IMG/VR virus record: IMGVR_UViG_2626542208_000008
Origin: an uncultured virus (IMG/VR IMGVR_UViG_2626542208_000008)
Lineage: Duplodnaviria; Heunggongvirae; Uroviricota; Caudoviricetes
Reading direction: 5' to 3' (one strand)
Length of the DNA: 64,000 bases
In this document: one piece after another, positions 8,469 through 18,495 of the stretch
Layout: every line of letters begins with the position of its first letter
Position numbering within the stretch: position 1 is the stretch's first letter
The notes under the pieces: generated by a model
The model's input: the letters and a program-made list of their open reading frames with translations, nothing else
Told to the model about the DNA's origin: nothing
The model's database searches: none
Translations under genes and position numbers: made by a program

Positions 8469-8657
8469 GTGACAAAACGTATCGATACAGCAACTCTTCG
8501 ACGCGTTTCTGTCGACGCTAGCTGCGATCCGCGGACAGTGTCGGCGGTCCTTGAGGGGCGCTCGACGCGCGGTCTCGCATTCGAGCGCGCCAAGGCTGCT
8601 CTTTTGGCCGCTGGGTTCAGGGTCCCTAACCTTCGAGTGGTCAACGGCGGCAAATGA
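8469..8657 (+). CDS. Small HTH DNA-binding protein (paralogue B), possibly leaderless
   Basis: IDTATLRRVSVDASCDPRTVSAVLEG; stop overlaps next ATG. Confidence 0.75.
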   Translation: MTKRIDTATLRRVSVDASCDPRTVSAVLEGRSTRGLAFERAKAALLAAGFRVPNLRVVNGGK

Positions 8658-9819
8658 CCGACGATACCGAAGAAGATAGCAGCAATGGCAAGCGACGTTC
8701 AGATCGTGATAAGGCCCAAGTCGTCCCCGTCTGCAAAGACGAAGAGCTGCTAGAATGGTTCGAAGCGCTGTTCTACGACGAGCCTGAAGTTGCGCATTTC
8801 CCGGAGCGAGTCGAGGTTCACACTCTTTCGGGACGATATCTTCAGAAATACGAGAAGCTCATCGAGCAGATCGTATGGACGCCGCAGACGACGAAGAAGG
8901 ACGGTAAGCAAGTTCTGAACGAGCGTAAGCCGTCCAAAGAAAAGCTACTCGCCACCACCAACAAGCTCATTCACAAGATGCAGTCGGAGTGTGATAACAC
9001 CGGCAAGACATTGGTGTTCGGTATCTTCGCCTGGCACTTCAGCCGCGGAGATGAGCCCTACTCGACGATCAGCCGTCGTTATTCTCCTCGCGGGCGCCAT
9101 GCGAAGGACGGGACCGAGGAAGATATGGGTCCCGAGAAGCTTTTCGCTAATCAGATCTTAGGGCATCAGGCCCAGATGGTCGGGATGATCGGCGCGGCCT
9201 GGGAGGGCATCACCGATCGAGACAATCGAACCATCGAGCAACTCCTCGCCAGGATCAAGCACCTCGAAGAGCAGCTCGAGAAGAAGGCCGAGCAGCTCGA
9301 GCGCGCACTGTCAAACGAGATCGATCGTGATGAATGTCAAACGAGATCGATCGTGATGAACGAAGACAATGGGTCGCGTTCAAGATTAAGAGTGCAGAGA
9401 AGGGGCTTAATCTTGTCGAGGGTATCGCTCCTCCTCTCATAACCAAGTTGGTCGGAAACAACGCAGTTCCAGGGCAGTCACCAGAAGCCGTCGCCCTCAA
9501 GAACTTTTTCAAGACCGTCGAAGAGGGCGGAATGCTCACGAAAGAGCAAGCCGATAAGGCGATCGGTATCTGGGATGAAACAAACCAATGCATTAGCAAG
9601 CCCGGCGTACTCAGCCAGGGGCAATCGCAAATCCTCTTCCAGGTCGCTTACGGTCAGGCACCGCCCGAAGAACTAGATAAGCTCTTACCGGGCGGCATTT
9701 TAGCCGTCTCGATGGAGCAGTTAGCGCGGCTTCAGCAGATCTTTCCGTTGGAACAGATCGCGCCACTCATGTTGATTTTCCAATCGCGTCAGAACGCGGA
9801 TAAAGGAGAGAAATCATGA
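8654..9819 (+). CDS. Hypothetical coiled-coil protein split by a 26-bp tandem duplication (ORFs 8654-9442 and 9334-9819)
   Basis: Removing one copy of 9309-9334/9335-9360 gives a single 379-aa frame coupled by ATGA at both ends. Confidence 0.7.
9309..9360 (+). repeat. Exact 26-bp tandem duplication
   Basis: tgtcaaacgagatcgatcgtgatgaa x2. Confidence 0.97.
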
Positions 9820-10385
9820 CCATGTTGACGGCAGTGCAGGCGCGTGCGGCGCTCGATAAGGCCGAGCGAGAGGGCGGCGACAACGCGTGGCTTGTCGTCA
9901 AGTCTCTCATCGCAGATCTGTACAAGCGGCTCGACTTGCTCGAGGCCGAGCATGCCAAGACTCGAAAGGGCGCCATCGCGCTCGCGAAGGAGAACAAGGC
10001 ATTCGGTGAGATTTTCCAGAGCATCGCACAGCGGCGTGGGGTTATGTCGCCCGTGAGCGAGCCAGAAGCGGTCGAGGGGGATAATACGGGCGAGACCGTG
10101 GGGGCTGCCGCGTCGATCGCGGGGGAGGTGAGGATCGGTGCCGATGGTACGCCGATGTCTCCCGAGCAGGCCGCGACCGAGGCCGAGATGGACGCGGCGA
10201 TGGGGATCGCGCCTGGTCCTACTGCACCGGCCGCGCTCGTGCGCCGCAACGGTAACGGTAACGGTAACAAGCGTCGCGTGCCAGCACCACCGCAGACAAG
10301 GGTCGGCGCTGACGGCAAGCCGCTCGATGCGGCCCAGGCCGAGGCCGAGGCGATGATGGATGCCGCTGCGGGGCCGAGACAGTAA
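9816..10385 (+). CDS. Hypothetical protein with duplicated R(I/V)GADGxP motif
   Basis: AAGGAG RBS; RIGADGTPMSPEQAATEAEMDAA / RVGADGKPLDAAQAEAEAMMDAA. Confidence 0.75.
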   Translation: MTMLTAVQARAALDKAEREGGDNAWLVVKSLIADLYKRLDLLEAEHAKTRKGAIALAKENKAFGEIFQSIAQRRGVMSPVSEPEAVEGDNTGETVGAAASIAGEVRIGADGTPMSPEQAATEAEMDAAMGIAPGPTAPAALVRRNGNGNGNKRRVPAPPQTRVGADGKPLDAAQAEAEAMMDAAAGPRQ

Positions 10386-11594
10386 ATGATGAGGCCCCTT
10401 CTCAGCTTCGTCGCGATTTTCAAAGATGAAGCCCCGACGGTCAGAAAGACCCTCGAGTCGGTACGCCCGTTCGTTGATCGCTGGACGATTCTCGATACGG
10501 GCAGTACCGATGGGACACAGGAGATTGTCCGCGAAGTAATGCACGGCCTTCCAGGGAGCCTTTTCCAAGAGCCCTTTGTCGACTACGCCACGAGCCGCAA
10601 CCGAGCATTGGAGCTTGATGCCGGATGCGGAGAGGCCGGCGGAGAAGCCTCCGAGTTCACGATCATGCTCTCGGCGGATGAGACGCTCACGGGCGGAGAG
10701 GCGTTGCGATCGTTTTTGCGGAACGTCCAAGGAGAGGGGGCTTTCTGCGTTACGCTCCAGACTGGCCCTCGCTCATGGCCGTATACGAGAGTTTTAAGAA
10801 CCGGCGCCGGCTGGCGCTATGTTGGCGAAATTCACGAGCGTCCGGTCGGCCCGCAAGGCGAAGTCAAGGGCACGATCATTCCGAATGTTTTTGTCACGCA
10901 CAATCCCTCCGATCCCGAACGAAAGGCACGACGACTCAAAGAACTGGATGTTCCACTGCTCGAGAAGGCAGTCTTCGACGAGTCGAGGCCTCTCGAGCAT
11001 CGCGCCCATGCGATCTTCTTCCTCGCCGAGACTTATGCTGTTCTGGCATCCGAACGAGAGCGCCTCGCGCAACAAGATCTGATCGAGAAGGGACTTAACG
11101 GAAAACCAGCACTCGGAGATGTCTGGTTATCTCTCAAGATGAACGCGATGGCGCTCTACCTCCGATACGCCGCCATCGCCGAGCAGCCCGAACGCGACGC
11201 CTACGATCCCCACAAGGTCGCTTACGCCTTGTTCATGGCGTACCACATCGCTGATAGCGCAAGGTTCTATAACAGCCACGAGCTTGTGTCGCGCCTCCAG
11301 ACCCTTGTCGCTTTTGCGCCCAAGATGCCGGAGGCACGGTTCCTACTCGCGAAGTGCGCCGCGGACGATGACGTGCGTCAGGGTCTTTTCTTGGCGATCG
11401 AAGCGTCCAAGATTGCGCGCGAGGCAAAGTCCTCCCCTACCTATGAGGCCACGGACGTGCGCCTCGAGTGGCTTTCTCTTACGCTCGCGGCACAATGTGC
11501 CAAACAATTAAAGAAGTTAGACCAAGCGAAGGAGTTAGCATCTCAGGGTCTCGCCGCTGGTGGTCCTAAGGAAGCGTTCGAGGGAATCCTCTGA
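10386..11594 (+). CDS. Family 2 glycosyltransferase with helical TPR-like C-terminus
   Basis: IFKDEA...LESV...ILDTGSTDGT, SADE, YVGEIHE motifs. Confidence 0.88.
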   Translation: MMRPLLSFVAIFKDEAPTVRKTLESVRPFVDRWTILDTGSTDGTQEIVREVMHGLPGSLFQEPFVDYATSRNRALELDAGCGEAGGEASEFTIMLSADETLTGGEALRSFLRNVQGEGAFCVTLQTGPRSWPYTRVLRTGAGWRYVGEIHERPVGPQGEVKGTIIPNVFVTHNPSDPERKARRLKELDVPLLEKAVFDESRPLEHRAHAIFFLAETYAVLASERERLAQQDLIEKGLNGKPALGDVWLSLKMNAMALYLRYAAIAEQPERDAYDPHKVAYALFMAYHIADSARFYNSHELVSRLQTLVAFAPKMPEARFLLAKCAADDDVRQGLFLAIEASKIAREAKSSPTYEATDVRLEWLSLTLAAQCAKQLKKLDQAKELASQGLAAGGPKEAFEGIL

Positions 11595-11595
11595 C

Positions 11596-12438
11596 ATGTC
11601 CCGGTTTACGATCGGCATCGTCAACTACGGACGCGATCCGCACGTCCGATGCTTCGAAGACTTCGCGCGGGCGTTGTCCAGCGCGCTGAAAGCGCTCGGA
11701 CACGAGGTCATCCCTCCAACTGATCCTAAGCCTGGTCGTCTCATCATCTTCGGCGGAAATAACCTCATTGATGAGCACGGGCAAATGCCCAAGGACTCGA
11801 TCATCTACAACACTGAACAGCTCGCGGCGGTCGCTGACCCGAGCTACTTTCTTCGCAACTTCCGTCAGTACCGCGACTTCATGATCTGGGACTACTCGAA
11901 GTCCAATATCTCGGCGCTCCACAAGCTCGGGCTCAAGAATACGATCTTCTGTCCGGTCGGCTACATCTCGTCGATGACCCAGATCAAGCCGGCAGCCGAT
12001 CAAGACATCGACGTCTTGCATTACGGCTCGGTAGGGAAATCGCCGCGCAAAGAAATCTTGGATGCACTAGACAAAACTGATCTAAAAGTCGCACGTCTCT
12101 TCAATGTTTATGGAGAAGAACGCGACGCTGTGATCGCGCGCTCGAAAATTGTTTTGAATCTGCACTACTATCCAGGTGGAATTTTTGAGATCTTCAGGGT
12201 CAGTCACCTGCTCGCGAATCGCAAATGTGTCGTGTCCGAAGACGGTGGCTCTGATCTGCTCCTCGAAAGTCTCGCCAAGTGCACGACGGCATATGTGTCC
12301 CGCGACAAGATCATCGACACTTGTCGAGAGCTGATCGCCGATACGAGCAAGCGAAAAGGACTCGAAGAGAAGGGCTTCTCAGAGTTCTCACAGATCGATT
12401 TCGTAAAGATCGTCAAGGAGGCGCTCGAGGTCTCATGA
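11596..12438 (+). CDS. Putative GT-B glycosyltransferase (Glyco_trans_1_2/CgeB-like C-terminus)
   Basis: DIDVLHYGS...R...RSKIVLNLH...FEIFRV...LANRKCVVSE. Confidence 0.7.
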   Translation: MSRFTIGIVNYGRDPHVRCFEDFARALSSALKALGHEVIPPTDPKPGRLIIFGGNNLIDEHGQMPKDSIIYNTEQLAAVADPSYFLRNFRQYRDFMIWDYSKSNISALHKLGLKNTIFCPVGYISSMTQIKPAADQDIDVLHYGSVGKSPRKEILDALDKTDLKVARLFNVYGEERDAVIARSKIVLNLHYYPGGIFEIFRVSHLLANRKCVVSEDGGSDLLLESLAKCTTAYVSRDKIIDTCRELIADTSKRKGLEEKGFSEFSQIDFVKIVKEALEVS

Positions 12439-14099
12439 TTACCGCCGAAGACGCGTTGCACGTCGCACGCGACAGAGAGCCGCTCCCGGCCGACGATCTA
12501 GAACTTTCAGATCGCGAGAAGACCCAGCTCGACTATGTCGACTCGGCGATCGAGTACGGGATCAACACCAGCTTCAACGGTGACGTCTTCGACACGTATA
12601 TCCCTGCCGAATTCGTCGAGCTTTCGGTCATCAACGCACTCAAGAAGCGCTATGAGGACGGCGGCTGGAAGGTCGGTGTTTTTCCGAAGATGGAAGGTGA
12701 TCAGATCGTCTCGTTTCAACTCGTATTCGCGCCGGTCTCCGGCATCGCGTTGGTGAAGAAGCCCAAGGAGAAGCCTCCGCGGTTGATGCCGCCAGTCATC
12801 CAGGTCTCTCCGACTTTGGTCAATGCACGTCACCGCGTGCTCGTCAGGATGCCAACTCGCGGCCGGGCGATCCAGGCGCTCGAAGTCCTCGAGAAGTACA
12901 GGAACATGGCGGGGATCCCGATCTTGATCGAGGTCGTGGTCGACGAAGATGACGAGTCCATGTTCACCGCCGAAGTGCTCCAACGACTCGCGGCGCTCGA
13001 CTGCATCGTCACGCCTGGGCAACACACCAATAAGATCGCGGCGTGTAACGGAGGCCGTGTAACGGACTGGGACATCCTTATCTTGGCGTCCGACGACATG
13101 GTCCCTACAGTCGAGGATTACGCGATCCACGTGATCACCGACATGGAGCAATACTTCCCGTACCTAGATGGCGCACTCCACTATAATGATGGTCATCAAC
13201 GCTCAAATCTTTGTACCTTGCCCATTTTTGGCCGCCGATTGTACGAACAGTTCGGATACATCTATCATCCAGATTACAAGTCACTTTTCTGTGATCGCGA
13301 ACAGACCGATATCCTCAAAGCGATGGGTCGGCTCGCCTACGTCGATAAGATACTGATCGAACACAAGCACCATATCTGGGGTGATGGCGTTGAGAAGGAC
13401 GCGCTCTATGAGCGCAACGATGCGCTCGAGGGAGATGATCGTAAGACCTTCGAACAACGCAAGGTATTGACTCGACCGCACGCGCAATGGCCATTCGAGG
13501 CGCCGCCGCTATGGTTGAGCGTGCTCATCTGCACGGTCCCGGCGCGGAAGAAGCAACTGAATTGGCTTTTGGATTTTCTGTATGCGCAGATCAGGGCAGA
13601 TGCCCCGCGGCAGGTCGAGGTCTTGATAGATGATCGTGAGGGGATCACTGTCGGAGAAAAGCGCCAGTCACTACTCGAGTGTTCGCGAGGACACTTCGTC
13701 GCATTCGTGGATGACGATGATGGTATCGCCCCGGATTATGTGAAGCGCCTCGTCACTGCATTCGCCATTACTCCAGATGCTGATTGTGCCTCGCTCGAGG
13801 GAGTCATGACGACCCGGGGCGCAAAGCCGGAGATCTTCCGACATTCGATCTATTTTGACGGCTGGTATACAAAAGAGGGGATTCATTACCGGACCCCCAA
13901 CCACCTTAGCGCCGTCAAGCGGGAGATCGCCCTTCAGGTCGGGTTCGTGTCGAAAAACGTGGGCGAAGATCACGACTACTCTAAGCGCCTACGTCCTCTC
14001 TTGAAGAAGGAAGTTTCGGTCGGGGAAAAGCCTTTGTACTTTTACTGGTTTGATCCCCTGCATTCAGTGCAACAGAGGCCGGCAGGCGGTGACGTATGA
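12435..14099 (+). CDS. Tandem double GT2 glycosyltransferase with unknown N-terminal domain
   Basis: MPTRGR...VVVDEDD...LASDDM and LSVLICT...VGEKRQ...FVAFVDDDD...GEDHDY. Confidence 0.85.
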   Translation: MITAEDALHVARDREPLPADDLELSDREKTQLDYVDSAIEYGINTSFNGDVFDTYIPAEFVELSVINALKKRYEDGGWKVGVFPKMEGDQIVSFQLVFAPVSGIALVKKPKEKPPRLMPPVIQVSPTLVNARHRVLVRMPTRGRAIQALEVLEKYRNMAGIPILIEVVVDEDDESMFTAEVLQRLAALDCIVTPGQHTNKIAACNGGRVTDWDILILASDDMVPTVEDYAIHVITDMEQYFPYLDGALHYNDGHQRSNLCTLPIFGRRLYEQFGYIYHPDYKSLFCDREQTDILKAMGRLAYVDKILIEHKHHIWGDGVEKDALYERNDALEGDDRKTFEQRKVLTRPHAQWPFEAPPLWLSVLICTVPARKKQLNWLLDFLYAQIRADAPRQVEVLIDDREGITVGEKRQSLLECSRGHFVAFVDDDDGIAPDYVKRLVTAFAITPDADCASLEGVMTTRGAKPEIFRHSIYFDGWYTKEGIHYRTPNHLSAVKREIALQVGFVSKNVGEDHDYSKRLRPLLKKEVSVGEKPLYFYWFDPLHSVQQRPAGGDV

Positions 14100-14923
14100 A
14101 CAAGATCGTTTCCATCGCGGTCTTCGGCGACCGCGGCTATGAAAATTATCTTGGCGCATTCGTGCGCGGACACCTAAATCTCTTCCCCCTCGAAGAGGGC
14201 TGGAAACTTCGGATACATACGGATTTCGTGATTGCGGCTGGTCGCTATGGACAGATGCTTCGACGCTTGGAAGAAAAAGGACTTGTTGAGGTCAAACTCA
14301 TGGGTCCCGCGATCTTAACCAAGGCGATGCTCTGGCGCATGGTACCGATCTTCGACGATAACGTAGATTATGTGTTCTGCCGCGATTTAGATGCAGCGCC
14401 GATGCCGCGCGATCGTGCGGTCTGTGACGTCTTTATCAAATCCCAAGCCACGGTTCATACGGTGCACGACAACCGTGCCCACGCCGGTATCATGGGCGGA
14501 TTATGTGGGTATCACGCGAAGTCTTTTCGGGAAGCGACCCGACTCCACACATTGGATGATCTCTACCGGTACGCAGGGATCAGCGATGTGTCCTGGGCGC
14601 AGCATGGGACTGATCAAAACGTCCTCAACCGATTGATCGATCGGCCAGGCGGCCCGACCCTCTTGGAGCACCGGTTCAGTGGTTGGACCGAAGGGCGCCC
14701 AGGAGATGAGAAGCGCCAGGCAGGGCATTGGCAATGTCCGGCATGGTCGACTCCGACACCCGATGCCGGCGTTTCAAAACTTTCGCCCGAGCGTGCTGAG
14801 CACGCCGATCGCCTGGCCAATCACATGGGCGCGGCCGGATACGATCACCTCGCAGCGAGGCTATTCTGGGACCTGTACGGCGATAAGGAGATCGCCAAGC
14901 AGGTAGCGGAGTGCGAGACATGA
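14096..14923 (+). CDS. Putative GT-A-like nucleotide-sugar transferase
   Basis: IVSIAVFG...GWKLRIH...MLWRM...VFCRDLD (DxD), IMGGLCG, DQNVL. Confidence 0.6.
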   Translation: MNKIVSIAVFGDRGYENYLGAFVRGHLNLFPLEEGWKLRIHTDFVIAAGRYGQMLRRLEEKGLVEVKLMGPAILTKAMLWRMVPIFDDNVDYVFCRDLDAAPMPRDRAVCDVFIKSQATVHTVHDNRAHAGIMGGLCGYHAKSFREATRLHTLDDLYRYAGISDVSWAQHGTDQNVLNRLIDRPGGPTLLEHRFSGWTEGRPGDEKRQAGHWQCPAWSTPTPDAGVSKLSPERAEHADRLANHMGAAGYDHLAARLFWDLYGDKEIAKQVAECET

Positions 14924-15741
14924 TCTCCGAGATCGCTCAACCTTCGCTCAGCAATACTGTGATCGAGGCGTCCTATGCCGCCGCGCGCGACAATCCTGAC
15001 TTAAAAGTGGTCTGCCCGTGGTGTGGAGAATCAAGATTCGGGCGTGAGTTCTCTGATCATGCCGATACGCACCGCAAACTAAACCGGATCACGGCAATCA
15101 TATTAGCCGGCGGCAAAGGTTCTCGTCTCGCACCCTGGATTGCGCCAAAGTGCCTGATGCCGGTCAATGGCGTGCCAGTTTTACATCGTCTCCTTAGTCA
15201 TCTATTTGGTTTTGAAGTCGTGGGGCGCGCGATTATCTGTACTGGCTATCGCGCCAACGATGTCGAAGCGGCTATCTCTAATAGTTGGTCGATTTCAGTC
15301 ACATCGGGACGTATCGCATTTTCGAACGCGGGCGAAGATGCACCGATGGGCGAACGTTTGTTCCAAGCGCGAAAGCTGTTCGGCGATGATACGGTATTGG
15401 TCTGTTACGGTGACGAGTTGGCGGACGTTGACGTGAAGGCATTGGCGGATGATCAAAATACGATGGCCTTCGCCGCGACGCCTCATGCGATCCCCGGCGG
15501 CGCTGTCATTCGGGAAGGCGATCGCTGGCATGTCCTTGAAGATCAACCGCGACTCGTAAACATCGGCTTTGTTCGCGCCAAACCTGAGTGCTGGTCGACG
15601 TTGACAGCATCAGACGGTGTCTCGGACTGGATCAACCGCACTTCGGTAGAGCAATCCGTGGGGCTGCTCAAGCATCACGGCAAGCGCGCGACGATCAATT
15701 CGCTCGCGGACTTGAAGTACGCCGAAGAGGTCTGGCGGTGA
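14920..15741 (+). CDS. Sugar-1-phosphate nucleotidyltransferase (RfbF-like) with N-terminal C2H2-like Zn finger
   Basis: ILAGGKGSRL...PKCLMPVNG, ICTGY, CYGD; CPWC-x11-HADTH at N-terminus. Confidence 0.85.
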   Translation: MISEIAQPSLSNTVIEASYAAARDNPDLKVVCPWCGESRFGREFSDHADTHRKLNRITAIILAGGKGSRLAPWIAPKCLMPVNGVPVLHRLLSHLFGFEVVGRAIICTGYRANDVEAAISNSWSISVTSGRIAFSNAGEDAPMGERLFQARKLFGDDTVLVCYGDELADVDVKALADDQNTMAFAATPHAIPGGAVIREGDRWHVLEDQPRLVNIGFVRAKPECWSTLTASDGVSDWINRTSVEQSVGLLKHHGKRATINSLADLKYAEEVWR

Positions 15742-16649
15742 AAGCGCTGGTAACCGGCGCGAGCGGATTTCTTGGCGCGCACCTGTGCGAAGCGTTGCGC
15801 CTGCGCGGCAATCGAGTCGTCGCTCTTGTCCGTGACGATCTAGGCGCCCTCGATTGTCAACAAATCACGGTGCGTGGCGGATTCGAGCAAGTTGAACGTA
15901 CTCTCTCCGAATACGAAATTGATACGGTTTTCCATTTAGCGGCACAGACTCAAGTCTCCACAGCGGTCGCGCATCCTATCGGGACTTTTGAAGCCAATAC
16001 CGAAGGCACTTGGAAGGTGCTCGAGGCGTGCCGGAAGCAGAAGGTTCGTCGAATCATCGTGGCGTCCAGCGACAAATGTTATGGCGACGGCGCGACCCCG
16101 TATACCGAGAAGCAAGCTCTCTTGCCTAACGGTATTTATGCGACTTCGAAGGCTTGCGCAGATCTGATCGCGCAAGCGTACATCCAAGAGTTCGGAATGT
16201 CGATCGCGATCACTCGTTGCGGAAATCTTTATGGCCCAGGGCATACAAATTGGTCAACGTTGATCCCCGGTACGATTCGTTCGATTTTCAGAGGCGAACG
16301 ACCCAAATTACGCTCTGACGGCGGCCCACAACGGGATTGGCTCTATGTCGAGGATGCGGTCGAGGGATATCTCAAGCTCGCCGCCTGCGACGAGACCGGA
16401 CCTTTCAACTTCGGCACTGGGCGAGGTACGAGCGTCGCGACGGTCGTCGAGACTATCTTGCGTTTGATGAAAACAGAGCTGAAGCCGATCATCGACCTAA
16501 AAACTGGTCCTGGTGCTGGGGGTATGGAGATCCACGAACAAATCCTCGACTGCGATCGCTCATTACGTGTTTTGGGCTGGCGACCAGATTACACGCTAGA
16601 GATCGGACTAATCGAAACAATCGATTGGCTCAAGGAGCACGTTCAGTGA
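15738..16649 (+). CDS. NAD-dependent sugar epimerase/4,6-dehydratase (CDP-glucose dehydratase-like)
   Basis: VTGASGFLG, FHLAAQ, SSDKCYG, YATSK, RCGNLYGPG. Confidence 0.9.
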   Translation: MKALVTGASGFLGAHLCEALRLRGNRVVALVRDDLGALDCQQITVRGGFEQVERTLSEYEIDTVFHLAAQTQVSTAVAHPIGTFEANTEGTWKVLEACRKQKVRRIIVASSDKCYGDGATPYTEKQALLPNGIYATSKACADLIAQAYIQEFGMSIAITRCGNLYGPGHTNWSTLIPGTIRSIFRGERPKLRSDGGPQRDWLYVEDAVEGYLKLAACDETGPFNFGTGRGTSVATVVETILRLMKTELKPIIDLKTGPGAGGMEIHEQILDCDRSLRVLGWRPDYTLEIGLIETIDWLKEHVQ

Positions 16650-17593
16650 CCCAAACTATCGTCGCGATTGGCTGCTCACAAGTACAGGACTACAGCTTCC
16701 TTATTCCATTGTCCGCGCTCCTTTGGAAACGACACATCGGGTTTCAACCGATTATCTTTTTGATTGGAAACGAAAACGATTGGGACACTGGACGTAACAA
16801 GATCGTAATCTCGGCGCTGAACACGCTCGAGATCAAGTATAAGTTCGTGTCGTTCATCGATGGCTACTCCGAGGGTACCGTCGCGCAAAACATCCGCCAG
16901 CACGCGGCAGCCGACAAGAAGATCGACGACGACACCTGGATCATGATGTCGGACGCCGACCTTTGGCCAATCCGACGTGAGTTTTATCACCAGCACGAGG
17001 GTTACACCGGTCGAGCCGTGTGCTTGTATTCCAACGGAGATCACTTCTTCGGCAAGAAAGACGTCCTTTCCAAGTTCGATGCCGGCGGCGGCTTTCAATC
17101 TATTCCGACCTGCCATGTCACCATGCGTGCCAAAGATTGGCGGATCGCCTACGAGATCGATGCCGTCGATGACGAACGCGCGGCGCTCCTCAAGACGCTC
17201 AAAAAGATGGAGCCCTGGCTTATGTCCTGTGCAGATATCAACCTTGCACGATGGTGCTGTGACCAGTGGTACATAACCGAGCGTCTTTGTCGACAACCCT
17301 GGTTCCCCGATGCTGCTCCGCCACATCCGTGTCCCCCAGGTGGGCGAATCTTGTCTTCCGAGAACGTGTTGCTGGTCGAGCGTTACGGACATCCTCCGGT
17401 CGACAGATTAGATCGCACCGTCGACCCCTGGACACAATACGGCAGCTTCGACTTGTCTCGATGGACCGATGCGCACGTGCATCGGAGCCCATTCAGTAAA
17501 GAGCATTGGGCGGATGAGTTTCGCGTCTTGAGCGCGATTTTACCAAAGCATGAAACCTGGATGAAATCTTACTACGAGGAGTACACGCGATGA
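16646..17593 (+). CDS. Putative glycosyltransferase-like protein
   Basis: MMSDADLWP DxD motif, WCCDQ; located inside the sugar cluster. Confidence 0.5.
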   Translation: MTQTIVAIGCSQVQDYSFLIPLSALLWKRHIGFQPIIFLIGNENDWDTGRNKIVISALNTLEIKYKFVSFIDGYSEGTVAQNIRQHAAADKKIDDDTWIMMSDADLWPIRREFYHQHEGYTGRAVCLYSNGDHFFGKKDVLSKFDAGGGFQSIPTCHVTMRAKDWRIAYEIDAVDDERAALLKTLKKMEPWLMSCADINLARWCCDQWYITERLCRQPWFPDAAPPHPCPPGGRILSSENVLLVERYGHPPVDRLDRTVDPWTQYGSFDLSRWTDAHVHRSPFSKEHWADEFRVLSAILPKHETWMKSYYEEYTR

Positions 17594-18495
17594 ATCCTAC
17601 GATCGAAAAGCTCGCGACACTGACCATCGCGCCAGCCGCGCCTCCCAAGGCACCCACCATCAAGTATGATCTAATGTCTTTGTTCCAGCGAGACGGCCGA
17701 CCGGATGCTGTCTTGTCGATCACCGACGCCAAGAAAATCGCCCCAGAGACCACCTACATGATCTATGGCAAGGGCATGGACGACGCCCTTGCCATCGAGA
17801 AGCTTGTCCCGCAGTTCGCTTACGGTAGCGTGCTCCTCATCTTTGATTTTCCCGCCGAGGAGTACGCCGCGTTCGATGCGCGCGTGCGCAAGCACGACTT
17901 CTGTGCGTGGGACAAGTTCGGGGATGATCAGGACGGTCGGGCATGGGTCAAGTCTCATTACGACGGCGGGACCTTCGCCACGCATCTGACCTATTTGCTC
18001 GAGATGGTCAAGCGGACGACCGGTCCGGTGCTGGAATTGGGCGCAGGAGAAGGCTCGACTCCCGCCCTGCACCTGGCTGTGGAAGATCGACTCCTCGTGA
18101 CCATCGACAACAACGAAGAGTGGCTCAAGCGCTACGAAGGTCTGGCCTCGAAAACACACGTGCTCGAATGTCTCCCCGATCCCGCTGCCTCCGAATGGCT
18201 ATCAAAAAAGTGGAGCGTCGTCTTTATTGACCACTCACCAGGTGAAAGTCGTGGTTGGGCAATCGAGAAGGTACGCCCAAATAGTGAATTCCTTGTCGTG
18301 CATGATACGGAAGAACTGGGTTACGGGATCGAAGATCTTCTCTCTAGCTTCAAGTACCGGAAGGATTTCAAATACGCACGCCCTTGGACTACGATCGTAT
18401 CTGACACGAAGGAGATCGGCGATGTTGTTGCGGGCGTTGCGCCGTCTGTGGCTAAAGAATACGAGGAGCCGGCTAATGTTCAAGATCGGCCCTGA
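17590..18495 (+). CDS. Class I SAM-dependent methyltransferase (C-terminal domain)
   Basis: VLELGAGEGST, VVFIDH, VVHDTE. Confidence 0.75.
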   Translation: MNPTIEKLATLTIAPAAPPKAPTIKYDLMSLFQRDGRPDAVLSITDAKKIAPETTYMIYGKGMDDALAIEKLVPQFAYGSVLLIFDFPAEEYAAFDARVRKHDFCAWDKFGDDQDGRAWVKSHYDGGTFATHLTYLLEMVKRTTGPVLELGAGEGSTPALHLAVEDRLLVTIDNNEEWLKRYEGLASKTHVLECLPDPAASEWLSKKWSVVFIDHSPGESRGWAIEKVRPNSEFLVVHDTEELGYGIEDLLSSFKYRKDFKYARPWTTIVSDTKEIGDVVAGVAPSVAKEYEEPANVQDRP

